From Phormidiaceae cyanobacterium CTOTU46633 (lineage in GTDB: Bacteria; Cyanobacteriota; Cyanobacteriia; Cyanobacteriales; Aerosakkonemataceae), in the NCBI GenBank assembly GCA_031969655.1, contig DALYJX010000004.1, forward strand, positions 48,112 to 72,111: DNA of 24,000 bases, read 5' to 3'. Positions 1 to 8,176 of this stretch are shown one piece after another. A model generated the notes under the pieces. The model saw nothing but the letters and a program-made list of their open reading frames with translations, had not been told where the DNA came from and did not search any database. Every line of letters begins with the position of its first letter. Position 1 is the first letter of the stretch. The position numbers were made by a program, and so were the translations under genes.

Positions 1-275
1 ATAGCGGAAGGACAAAGGCCCAATTAGTGTCAGCGTGAACCAAAAAACTTAACTATGTATTATTCAGTTCTTTAGTCCAACGAGAAATAGATAAAGTTGG
101 TATGTTTGTGTGTAGTTATATTGCAGCGAAGCCCAAAATGCACAATCAGTTGCTTTTGTCAATATCCTAAATTGGTCAATTAATTCTCCGATTTGAAGCT
201 CAGGTTGGTTACAACAGGCGCGATGCTCTCAATCAATATTGACTGTGAGGCGATCGAGAATTTAGCTCTTTTGAG

Positions 276-332
276 GTTGGGTCGAGGGGGGATATTATTC
301 CCCGCCCCTCCCGTTTAGATCTGGGCGTGCGG
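276..332 (-). mobile_element. 3' remnant of the older group II intron (3' half of domain V plus a domain VI-like hairpin). Its 5' half of domain V lies at 2760-2779
   Basis: Joining 2779-2760 (GAGCUGGGUGCGGGGAAAGC) to 332-318 (CCGCACGCCCAGAUC) gives a near-canonical domain V: a GAGC start, a 9-bp lower helix, an AC bulge, a 5-bp upper helix and a GAAA-type loop. A GAGGGG...CCCCUC hairpin with a GA bulge follows, then ...CCCAAC. The 3' end near 276 is approximate. Confidence 0.65.
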
Positions 333-390
333 GTAGGGTAGGTAGCCAGCGAGTTACCAGGATAGGCACTTTTCCAACCACCCCCCTCCA

Positions 391-423
391 AACTACGCAT
401 GACCGTTTCCGTATCACGTAGCT
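391..423 (-). ncRNA. Candidate catalytic domain V of the intact intron
   Basis: The minus strand reads AGCUACGUGAUACG-GAAA-CGGUCAUGCGUAGUU. It has an AGC triad at the 5' base, a 9-bp lower helix with wobble pairs, a 2-nt bulge on the 3' strand and a GAAA tetraloop. The upper helix is imperfect. The IEP stop codon UGA lies inside it. Confidence 0.5.
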
Positions 424-2225
424 TTCCAGTAGCTTTTACGTTTGAGTGCTTCACCGTCGTAGCGTCCATATTGGATTTTCTCGTGACATTGACGACAAAC
501 TACTAAAGTTTTACGTTTGCGTGCAGACATTTTCTTCATCCATTCTGGGCGTTGTGAACATCCTTTTTGCTTAATATCTGCTAGTTTACGAATATGATGG
601 ACTTCAATATTGTCCTTGGCTCCGCAAAGAGCACACTCTTGGGCTAAAAGACGTTGAACAACTTGGCTACGTCCGTTCCAGATATGATTAGCCTGGTTAT
701 CATCAATTTTGACCCACTTATTCCAACGCAGAGAAACACCACCGAAATAAGTTATCAGAGGTTTCTTAGCATCACGTTCCACTGTTACTTGTAATACCTT
801 ATAAGTACCATCTTTTGTCTCAATGGTTGTGCGATAACGCTGGTAAATTTTCTGGCAAGTAGTTTTAAACTTCTTAGCCAAAGTTTTTACAAGGGAAAGC
901 TCCATAACCCGTTTCAGCAAAGATAGCGTGTGGAGGTTATAAGCCATGCGGTAATACTGGACTACTCCTCGATATTCCGCTTGATACTGGCTAACTATGC
1001 TGTAGGCATCGTCCGATACTCTTTGTGTCAGGTGTATTGGTTTTCCAGAGCGCATATATTTAACACAATGGTCTTTGATTACGCTTTTGGGAACCCTTAG
1101 CCCCACACTGCCATTGATACATCTTTGACCACGATGGTCGTGTTTATCATCGGCGTGTAGGATGTGAATTTCGTAACCCAGGAATTTAGCAGCTTCATCC
1201 CTGGCATGGGTAATCAGCGTCTTTTCATCACTGAGTGACAGTTTTAACTCGTCACGTAAGAAAGTGGCGATTTTCTGTTTGATTTCCACAGCTGAGGATT
1301 TTGAACCTACCACCCCTAGCAAGAAATCATCGGCATACCTTGTGTACCAAAGGCGACGAAAGTTTGGATCGTTGGGGTCGCGAGACGGAATTGATTGTGC
1401 CTTTTGGCTCAGTTTCCTTGCTTCTTCCAGTTTTCCAGCATTTCGTGCTTTTGACGCAGCTTTGGTTAAGTCTCTGTATGGTGGATAGACACTCCTTCGT
1501 TGACCTCGTGTGTATGCTGGTATCAGTTCGTGTTCGATGTATTTGTCCAGCTTGTCTAGCACCAGATTGGAAAGTATTGGGCTTACTACTGCACCCTGCG
1601 GCACCCCGCTATAGGTAGCATGATATTTCCAGTTTTCCAAATACCCTGCATCCAGCAACCCCTTAATTAGTCGAAGAAAGCGATTGTCGTGGATTTTCTG
1701 TTGTAGTATTTTTAACAGGATAGTATGGTCTATTCTGTCAAAACAGGCACAGATGTCTCCTTCGATAAACCACTTAGTAGCTCGGCCTTTTTGGGTAATT
1801 TCCTTCAGGGCTGTATGACATCCGCGTAGGGGTCGAAAACCGTGGGAATGTTCGCTAAACTGTGGCTCGTAGTAGGCTTCTAGGATGGAACGAATTACTT
1901 CTTGGAGTAATTTATCTGACCAAGAAGGCATACCAAGAGGTCTTAGTTTACCGTTTTTCTTGGGGATATAGGTACGTCGCACTGGTGTCCATCTATAGCG
2001 CTCATATCTAAGAGCATCAATCATGGTGTTAATTTTCTCCAGGGACATCCCATCCACTGTTTCCGGTGTAGCGCCTGGTGTCATTGCACCTGCGTTGCTG
2101 TTTAGCTTGGCATAGGCACGTAAATACAAGTCTCGGTTATATAGCAGTCGATACACATCTTCTACTGGCAACCCACCTTGTCCGCGTTTACGTATGATGT
2201 TCAGTATCGTTTCGGCTGTTCGCAT
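414..2225 (-). CDS. Group II intron reverse transcriptase/maturase with a C-terminal HNH/zinc-finger endonuclease domain
   Basis: Long ORF with these motifs: RT palm YADD (RYADDFLLGV), RT motifs IPKKNGKLRPLG and SPILSNLVL, a maturase X region, and C-terminal CALCG...HHIRK...CRQCHEKI. The track ORF runs up to 2375. The ATG at 2225 (MRTAETILNIIRKRG...) is the usual N-terminus for this family. Confidence 0.9.
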   Translation of the reverse strand: MRTAETILNIIRKRGQGGLPVEDVYRLLYNRDLYLRAYAKLNSNAGAMTPGATPETVDGMSLEKINTMIDALRYERYRWTPVRRTYIPKKNGKLRPLGMPSWSDKLLQEVIRSILEAYYEPQFSEHSHGFRPLRGCHTALKEITQKGRATKWFIEGDICACFDRIDHTILLKILQQKIHDNRFLRLIKGLLDAGYLENWKYHATYSGVPQGAVVSPILSNLVLDKLDKYIEHELIPAYTRGQRRSVYPPYRDLTKAASKARNAGKLEEARKLSQKAQSIPSRDPNDPNFRRLWYTRYADDFLLGVVGSKSSAVEIKQKIATFLRDELKLSLSDEKTLITHARDEAAKFLGYEIHILHADDKHDHRGQRCINGSVGLRVPKSVIKDHCVKYMRSGKPIHLTQRVSDDAYSIVSQYQAEYRGVVQYYRMAYNLHTLSLLKRVMELSLVKTLAKKFKTTCQKIYQRYRTTIETKDGTYKVLQVTVERDAKKPLITYFGGVSLRWNKWVKIDDNQANHIWNGRSQVVQRLLAQECALCGAKDNIEVHHIRKLADIKQKGCSQRPEWMKKMSARKRKTLVVCRQCHEKIQYGRYDGEALKRKSYWKAT

Positions 2226-2788
2226 CTCGCGTACCTCCCGATTTCTTTTACATCCAATTACCTGTTCCACTTTGCCCTGTAAACGGCTCTCCCGTTCTCC
2301 CTGGTGGGGCGTAACTCCCACGACTACTATTGGAACTCCGTTACCATAGGACTCGCGTCCCGTAGGCAATCCCATGTTCCGTCACTGATGAACGTCTAAA
2401 GAACGACTTAGGCTCCTACTCATATCCTTGAATGAGTTCATTACTCATCGCTTATCGGTCAGGGTGTACCATTAACGAAAGTTGATTTAATGGCTACCGA
2501 TAACATCGGTGTACGGACGTGCTACCGAAGGATGTGCAGTTCCACCGCAGGATATTAGGGTTTAAGCAGTTTGGCTTTAGCCATATCGTTCAGGCGTTGC
2601 AGAACCGTAACATACACGTCTTCTGTTACTTTCCGCTTTACGAACATGCTCTTGTCCCCTTACCCTTTCGGGTTTAGGTTAGTTGTTCGCCTTGGAGTCA
2701 ATTACCCTGAACTCCAGCCAACTTTGTTGGCAATTCAATCAGTGCGTACCACGGCGCACGCTTTCCCCGCACCCAGCTCCCGATGTTC

Positions 2789-3205
2789 TTAGCTTTCGCT
2801 TTTGCTCATGTGGATGTAGTCGTGGCAGCTTTCATGAATAGCTAGAAGGTTGTTTTTCTTCCAATTTTTGTGGTTTCCATCTACATGATGGAGATGTACC
2901 CTCTCGTCACTTAGCATCTTTAATCCACAATATCCACAGGTATGGTTTTGCCGTTTTAGGGCTTTAGAGGTTTCGCCATCATAGAGTTTGCTATTGCGCT
3001 CGCTCCAGTAGACAATATCTCCGTCAAATGGTGATTTTTCCCCTTTGACGTTGATATGTTTGTTTTCAGAGTAAGGAACAGATGGGAACGCTTTATTCAG
3101 TAATTTCTTGCTAGATTTACGATTGTGTTTCGTTTCCTTATTACAGCGGTTCCATTCGTGCCAGGTTAAGAAAGTGAAACTTTTGTCAATCAGTGAATAT
3201 GCTCA
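2789..3205 (-). pseudogene. 5'-truncated group II intron IEP; only the C-terminal maturase/HNH part remains
   Basis: This minus-strand frame is open for about 138 codons and has no plausible start. It reads ...KGEKSPFDGDIVYWSERNSKLYDGETSKALKRQNHTCGYCGLKMLSDERVHLHHVDGNHKNWKKNNLLAIHESCHDYIHMSKSES*, a typical IEP C-terminus with an HNH domain. No RT domain lies upstream. Confidence 0.75.
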
Positions 3206-3245
3206 AAAAAGTTCTGAATAAAAATGAGAATCTTCTCTGGTCGGG

Positions 3246-3282
3246 GAGAGGAAAAAGCAATCTCCGATTGCCTTTTCCTCTC
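3246..3282. repeat. Inverted repeat / hairpin (17-nt arms, one mismatch, 3-nt loop)
   Basis: gagaggaaaaagcaatc TCC gattgccttttcctctc. It lies just beyond the truncation point of the old intron fragment. Confidence 0.6.
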
Positions 3283-3639
3283 TGTATGATTATCATTCTC
3301 GTTCAAACTTGGCAACCCTTAGCGATGGAGGATAAAAAATTAGTTAATTACCTAGTGTAAATCATATAAATATGACAATTCCCCTCTCTAGCAGATATAA
3401 AGGTTGACTTTTGATTGTTTCAATAATATACAGCTTTTTTAATCAGCCATCTTGATGCCTTGATAAAATTCCAGGGAAGCTCCGTATCTACTGCTGTAAT
3501 AAAGTTGAGCCTCTCATAACCAATCTGGTTGAAAAAACCCTTTTTGCTGCGAGTCTTCAAAACCAGATGCAGAATTTAGTTGGTTGCTCATAAAAGGGGT
3601 AACTAACCCGGATTTGGTATCATTGGCTCTTTGATTACC

Positions 3640-3682
3640 GGAGGGAGATGGTTTTTACTTCTAGGAAAAACCATCTCCCTCC
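3640..3682. repeat. Perfect 17-bp inverted repeat with a 9-nt loop
   Basis: ggagggagatggttttt ACTTCTAGG aaaaaccatctccctcc. There is no flanking U-run on either strand, so it is not a classic intrinsic terminator. Confidence 0.65.
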
Positions 3683-3910
3683 AATAAATGGTGCTACAAC
3701 AATCCAATTTTTCTAACCCATTTTCAAATGAGCGAACCGTGAGTATTTAGGGAGGTTTAGGGAGAAATAAGTAGATTTTTTCTAACTGTTTTTACCCCTT
3801 AATCAAGGTTGCGCGAACAGACACGATATTAATCGACTATTGGGACAACTGCACCAACTGCTGCGCCGTCACTTCCATCAGTTTCTTACGATGCGCGATC
3901 GCACAAATAA

Positions 3911-5047
3911 CTACTTCTGTCCCAAAACCGCTTCAATCTCTGCCAATTTTTGACGCAGTACCTCCTGAAACTCTACCAACTGCTCTGGATCGGCAGCCTG
4001 CAACGACTCTATAGAAAGTTTTTGGAGACGACGAGCTTCCACAGACACAGGTTTTGTTTTAGCGGTGGATGTTGAATCAGGCTGAGCTTGAGCAACAACT
4101 ACTTCCCCCACTAATTTCCGAGTTTGGGAAGCCGATAATTTGTCAGAAATTACCTGCTGCGTTGTCTTAACCCGGATCTCTCTCGCTTCCTCCTCTGAGA
4201 CTCCCAAATTTTTCACCGATAATTTGGATAGCGCGATCGCATGAACCCCTTTAAGTCCTTGTTCTCGAATCGCACTCTTAAGGTCATCAGCCAAGGACAG
4301 CATCGGAAAAATATTGGCATCAACAGAAGCTGGATTGAGCTGTAAATCCAAAATTACTCCAAATACAGCTCGTTCTTTCTCATCTAATGCCAAAGCCGAT
4401 AATCCTTGCTGTTGTTCCTCAACGGTTGCAGTAATCAGTTCAACCACAGCATTCATTCGTTTCTGTGCGCCCAACCGTCGTACAGCAGTGGACAAAATAC
4501 GAGGAATATCTGAACCAGTCAAACCCGTATTAGTTTCTATTTCCCGCACAATTGCTTCCGCTTTGTCAAGGGGATTGAGGTCTTCTCGATGGAGGGAAGT
4601 CAACAAAGCCTTACGGTGTAAAGCATCGGGTTCGGGAATAACCACAGCAGTAAGCGTCTGCCAACCCAAGGCTTTAGCACTGCGCCAACGCCGTTCCCCA
4701 TCAAACAGCACTAAGTTCTCCCGCTGCATCAAAATAATCGGTTGGAGTTGTCCATCTTTCTCTAAAGAACGGGACATTGATTCAATGCTTTCTGCTAAAA
4801 ACGTTTGCCTGGGTTGCTCTAGGTTTGGTTGAATTTGGTCAAGGGGAATTGACAAGATGCCAGACTGAGATTGGAGTTGGTTCCGCAGCTGGGCAAGTTG
4901 TGCTTCCAACTCAGTTTCGCCTGAGTTCCGCAGTTGTTCAATTTCTGCCTTGAGTCTCTGAATTTCTTCTTCAGCAGCGGATAGTTGCTGGGATTGTTTG
5001 GCAGAAGAAAAATAATCCGTGATGTCTGGAGCTTTACGGGCAGCCAT
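3911..5047 (-). CDS. parB: ParB-family partition protein with an N-terminal coiled-coil extension
   Basis: It has a ParB/Srx box, FDGERRWRSAKALG (the GERRxRA motif), and sits downstream of parA on the same strand. The Q/E/L-rich N-terminal 60 aa look like a coiled coil. Confidence 0.85.
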   Translation of the reverse strand: MAARKAPDITDYFSSAKQSQQLSAAEEEIQRLKAEIEQLRNSGETELEAQLAQLRNQLQSQSGILSIPLDQIQPNLEQPRQTFLAESIESMSRSLEKDGQLQPIILMQRENLVLFDGERRWRSAKALGWQTLTAVVIPEPDALHRKALLTSLHREDLNPLDKAEAIVREIETNTGLTGSDIPRILSTAVRRLGAQKRMNAVVELITATVEEQQQGLSALALDEKERAVFGVILDLQLNPASVDANIFPMLSLADDLKSAIREQGLKGVHAIALSKLSVKNLGVSEEEAREIRVKTTQQVISDKLSASQTRKLVGEVVVAQAQPDSTSTAKTKPVSVEARRLQKLSIESLQAADPEQLVEFQEVLRQKLAEIEAVLGQK

Positions 5048-5153
5048 ATTGATTAGTTCAGTAACCTTAAATCTGTTTAACTGCTAACAACAAAGCCAGG
5101 AACTAGCAACGCATTTAGGGGCTAGAAACTGTAACTTGTTTTCTTTCCACCAA

Positions 5154-5271
5154 GGTGTGATGACTCAACAATCTTCGCTTGAGCGAAAATTGCACGCGGA
5201 AGACGCTTTTTCCAGATCTAACAAGCTAGGGCTAGTTCTTTCTAGGTTTTTCGGAGCGGTGTTATGACTCA
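5154..5271. repeat. Two direct copies of a 14-mer (13/14 identical) in the parA-parB spacer; candidate centromere or operator sites
   Basis: ggtgtgatgactca at 5154-5167 and ggtgttatgactca at 5258-5271, 104 bp apart. A small palindrome, ttcgct-tg-agcgaa (5174-5187), lies between them. Confidence 0.5.
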
Positions 5272-5338
5272 GATAACGGCTCTTATTGGCATAGAGGTCT
5301 GGTAAGTATGGCTTTTATGGCTTATGCCTGAAGCCTCG

Positions 5339-6190
5339 TTACTGAGCGTGTTCTTTTGCTGATTTCTTCTGTTGTATTCCTTTGTTTGACTTCGATGCTT
5401 CTGTTTTGCCTAAGATGGATGCTAAATAAACAGCCAGTTCCTTGAAGTCCTTACATGCGGAATGAATTGGGCGGTAAAGATGTAAGGGCAAACCAACCCC
5501 ACTCGCATTGACAAATTCAGCACTATCGCGAATAGCACCGAAGGCACGAATGTTCATTGACTCTAACTGTTTTGGCAGCGATTCTAGAAGCTGTCGATGA
5601 GCAGCACGTCTAGAATCGTACTGATTGGGGACAAATCCTACAATTTCCGGGGGGGGATTGAGGCGCAGGTGTTTGCAGTGGAAATAATACCATTCGAGTA
5701 AACGAGCTGCGCCCTGAATGGACTTGGGTTCTAGTTGGACGGGAATAACGACGTGACTAGAGGCTGCCAGTGCCATCAAAGGTAAGGGTCCAAGTGTAGC
5801 CGGACAGTCAAAAATAATTAAGTCATGTTCCAAAGGATAATCAGCCAAACGGTCTGCTAATAGGTAAGCTCCTCGCTTGTGCAGTACTAATTCATCTGCT
5901 GTCTGTGTCAGCACCATTCCTCCCTGACAGATAACAACTTTATCAGTGTGCGCGCTCCAACAGGAAACCAAAGGCCAATTGCCATCAAAACTATCTCGCA
6001 GTACGGCAGCTAAGGTGTGTGAAGGTTCGGGAGGAGTTAAGCCGCAAAACAGAGTCAGCGACCCTTGGGGGTCGAGATCCATAAGAGCTACGTTGAATCG
6101 GCTAAGGCCGAGTTCATACGCGAGATGGACTGAAAGTGTAGTTTTACCACTCCCACCCGCATTACTGATTACAGCCAGTCGAATTTGCAT
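5339..6190 (-). CDS. parA: ParA/Soj-family partition ATPase
   Basis: N-terminal deviant Walker A (ISNAGGSGKTTLSVHLA), Walker A' (DLDPQGS) and Walker B-like IIFDCP. It lies upstream of parB. Confidence 0.9.
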   Translation of the reverse strand: MQIRLAVISNAGGSGKTTLSVHLAYELGLSRFNVALMDLDPQGSLTLFCGLTPPEPSHTLAAVLRDSFDGNWPLVSCWSAHTDKVVICQGGMVLTQTADELVLHKRGAYLLADRLADYPLEHDLIIFDCPATLGPLPLMALAASSHVVIPVQLEPKSIQGAARLLEWYYFHCKHLRLNPPPEIVGFVPNQYDSRRAAHRQLLESLPKQLESMNIRAFGAIRDSAEFVNASGVGLPLHLYRPIHSACKDFKELAVYLASILGKTEASKSNKGIQQKKSAKEHAQ

Positions 6191-6220
6191 GGGGATGAAG
6201 ATTAGGTAGGTAGGTTTTCT

Positions 6221-6354
6221 CAGATATCGATATACAAGGTCACGGTGAAATTATCAGATATCGATATGCAATGCTCTCTAATTTGACCGTATCATACATC
6301 GTTATCCAAAAGACCTGATATAAAATTTTGTAATTGGATATCAATATACAAGGT
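6221..6354. promoter_or_regulatory. Three copies of a ~19-bp repeat with a palindromic ATATCGATAT core upstream of parA; candidate par operator or centromere
   Basis: cagatatcgatatacaaggt at 6221-6240, cagatatcgatatgcaatg at 6255-6273 and ggatatcaatatacaaggt at 6336-6354. They begin 31 bp upstream of the parA start. Confidence 0.55.
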
Positions 6355-6926
6355 TGTATAAACTACCCCATCGGCAGATTGACCGAATACTATAAATTTG
6401 AGCAATGTGATGATGCTTTACCGCAGGGATGGGATGCGATCGCTCGAATGGTTGTGGGAGTGCCGTTCATGGGTGCGGCCTCGTTTGCCGTTCCTGGTCA
6501 GGGCAATTGCACCTATCTTCTGACAACAGACTTTTAACTTGGTGGGAAGTCAGCAATCTTTCTGTAGTCAGTTAAGACAATCTGAGGAATATCGCGATAT
6601 TTTTTTACCTGCCCGCTGACATAAGCATAACCACGACCGCCGATATCTTCAACACCTTGCTTGCGAGCAGCATAACGCTGTCCAATCAGATTGATGATTG
6701 CAATACTTTCGTCTTCAAAACTAACATCTCTAAAGTTAAATTTTCAGTAGCTTAAAAATCAACGATTTATATTGAGACAAAAAACTTACTTACCATCAGG
6801 GAATAATGGCTATCGCCAAGATAGAAAAGATGATTTCATATCAAACTAATCCCAGTTTAATAGTGATGTAGGTGCGATGCGATCGCGCTACATTTGTCCT
6901 CACAATCTAACCCAATATAACCAAAG

Positions 6927-8174
6927 ATGAACCAACTTTTCTATCTTAACACAAATACCTCGAATTCAAACAGTTTACTGGAACTGGTTTGTTTTGAAAA
7001 TCCAGATTTAGAACTAATAGAAGTAGTGGCAGTTTTTGGAACATCACTTCCCAATTCAAAACTGCCAACACAGCATTCCTTTCAGTTAGGCGATATCGTG
7101 ACTCAAGGGCGACAATATGGTATAGTGACTTCCTTAAATGAAACTGACCGACCCGTGACTATTACATGGGATGAAAGCAGTGAATTTGAACCCGATGTCT
7201 TCGCATACACGCTTGACGAAATCCGATTTTTTAATATTTCAATCGTTCCCCAGCTAGTACCCTTCAAAACAATTGTAGAGTTACCAGCGAACATAACAAT
7301 TAAACTAGCTAATACCCAACTCGTAAAGTTTAGTCAGGCGAAATATTTCTTAGTTGAATCTATCACCGATGATTGCTTAATTATCCGTTCGCTTGAGTCG
7401 CGATATTGCTTTACCAAGGAATTATTGCCCGGACGCTTATTTGCTTGTGTCATAGATCTCCCGAACTGTAGGCAAATAGAAACTGCTAGCAGTTTGTCTT
7501 TCCCAAACCTCAAAACAAGGGTAAAACTACATTTAGAGCTATTTTTTAAGGACAATTTGGAATTCCTCACTCCTACAAAGAAACAGCAACTATTTGATGA
7601 GCTAGTTTCGTTACTAGCAGGACAGAATTATGATACTTTTGCTCTAAATGCTGCTTGGGAAGAAGTTTGGAAGCAACAGATTGAAACTTTAGCTCAAGAC
7701 CAAGGTTTTCACGGGATACGACTAGGTGCGCGTATCCTGAGACAGCGAGGTGGTACAGAACTATTCGGAACAATTGTTGAGCTAAATATTGAATTAACAC
7801 GACCTTTTCAAATTCAATGGGATAGTGGAAAACTTCAAAGTTACAGCTTAACTGAACTTAGATGCTTGGGTATTACTCAAATCAAGCCCGTCATCCAATT
7901 ATCGCCAAATGTTGCTTACCAAATCAGCGAAGATGGTTGCTACTTTAAAGCTTGGATTGGCTTTCGCACCAAAGCGTTAGCAAAAGCTTGGTGGCGTTTA
8001 ATCAAACAGCAAGTTGGTTACCTCAGCCACTTGCAAGACTGCTATAGTCCAGAACTTCGGCATACGGATAAACGGTATGAGTATCTGGTGGAAAAGCCTC
8101 GACAGAAAACGTTAACCAAACGTCTAGAGTCTCTACAAAAAGTAGCGGAACTCATTCTAGAACAAATGCCATAA
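6927..8174 (+). CDS. Hypothetical protein with two copies of a ~55-aa module
   Basis: A 415-aa ORF with an ATG start. I recognise no catalytic motifs. There is an internal repeat: LGDIVTQGRQYGIVTSLNETDRPVTITWDE...YTLDEIRF versus LGARILRQRGGTELFGTIVELNIELTRPFQIQWDS...YSLTELRC. Confidence 0.6.
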   Translation: MNQLFYLNTNTSNSNSLLELVCFENPDLELIEVVAVFGTSLPNSKLPTQHSFQLGDIVTQGRQYGIVTSLNETDRPVTITWDESSEFEPDVFAYTLDEIRFFNISIVPQLVPFKTIVELPANITIKLANTQLVKFSQAKYFLVESITDDCLIIRSLESRYCFTKELLPGRLFACVIDLPNCRQIETASSLSFPNLKTRVKLHLELFFKDNLEFLTPTKKQQLFDELVSLLAGQNYDTFALNAAWEEVWKQQIETLAQDQGFHGIRLGARILRQRGGTELFGTIVELNIELTRPFQIQWDSGKLQSYSLTELRCLGITQIKPVIQLSPNVAYQISEDGCYFKAWIGFRTKALAKAWWRLIKQQVGYLSHLQDCYSPELRHTDKRYEYLVEKPRQKTLTKRLESLQKVAELILEQMP

Positions 8175-8176
8175 AC

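Larger units (their letters stand above)
333..2759 (-). mobile_element. Full-length group II intron (ribozyme domains I-VI with the intron-encoded protein ORF in domain IV)
   Basis: The minus strand starts with the canonical GUGCG at 2759 and ends ...CCCUAC at 333 (an A-pyrimidine terminus). It encloses an RT ORF with a YADD motif. A domain V-like hairpin lies at 391-423. The sequences on either side join to form a complete domain V of a second intron, which fixes both boundaries. Confidence 0.85.

Noticed and set aside
233-469. 78-aa minus-strand ORF from the track
   Set aside because: It lies across the intact intron's domain V/VI region and the older intron's domain V/VI remnant. The G/P-rich translation reflects RNA helices, and there is no RBS or coding signal.
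1264-1618. Plus-strand ORFs 1264-1488 and 1301-1618
   Set aside because: They are antisense shadows inside the RT gene. The same reasoning applies to 4314-4832 (in parB), 5946-6209 (in parA), 7103-7800 (in the 415-aa gene), 9011-9241 and 9575-9763 (helicase), 10008-10286 (dnaN), 12693-12945 (dnaX), 14415-15564 (iscB), 16509-16697 (holA), 17106-17372 (vapBC), 17818-18213, 18596-18943, 20216-20485, 20782-21000, 23073-23258 and 23335-23580.
2768-2772. A second GUGCG 13 nt upstream of the chosen 5' splice site (minus strand), a possible alternative intron start
   Set aside because: Using it would destroy the domain V reconstruction from the flanks. With 2759 as the first intron nucleotide, the flanks join into a complete domain V, so 2772 is part of the older intron's domain V helix.
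2571-2792. 73-aa plus-strand ORF
   Set aside because: It is antisense to domain I of the group II intron ribozyme, so it is structural RNA rather than coding.
3404-3432. Sigma70-like promoter (TTGACT, 17-nt spacer, TATACA) pointing into gene-free DNA
   Set aside because: The -10 element is weak (it lacks the invariant final T), there is no downstream ORF, and matches like this are common in AT-rich DNA.
6334-6537. 67-aa plus-strand ORF starting inside the third par repeat
   Set aside because: It has no RBS, it starts within a regulatory repeat, and I recognise no family resemblance. It is likely spurious.
6534-6745. Minus-strand open frame of ~70 codons (..INLIGQRYAARKQGVEDIGGRGYAYVSGQVKKYRDIPQIVLTDYRKIADFPPS*)
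   Set aside because: It has no ATG, GTG or TTG start in frame after the upstream stop, and I cannot place it in a family. It may be a gene fragment, but the support is insufficient to report it as a feature.
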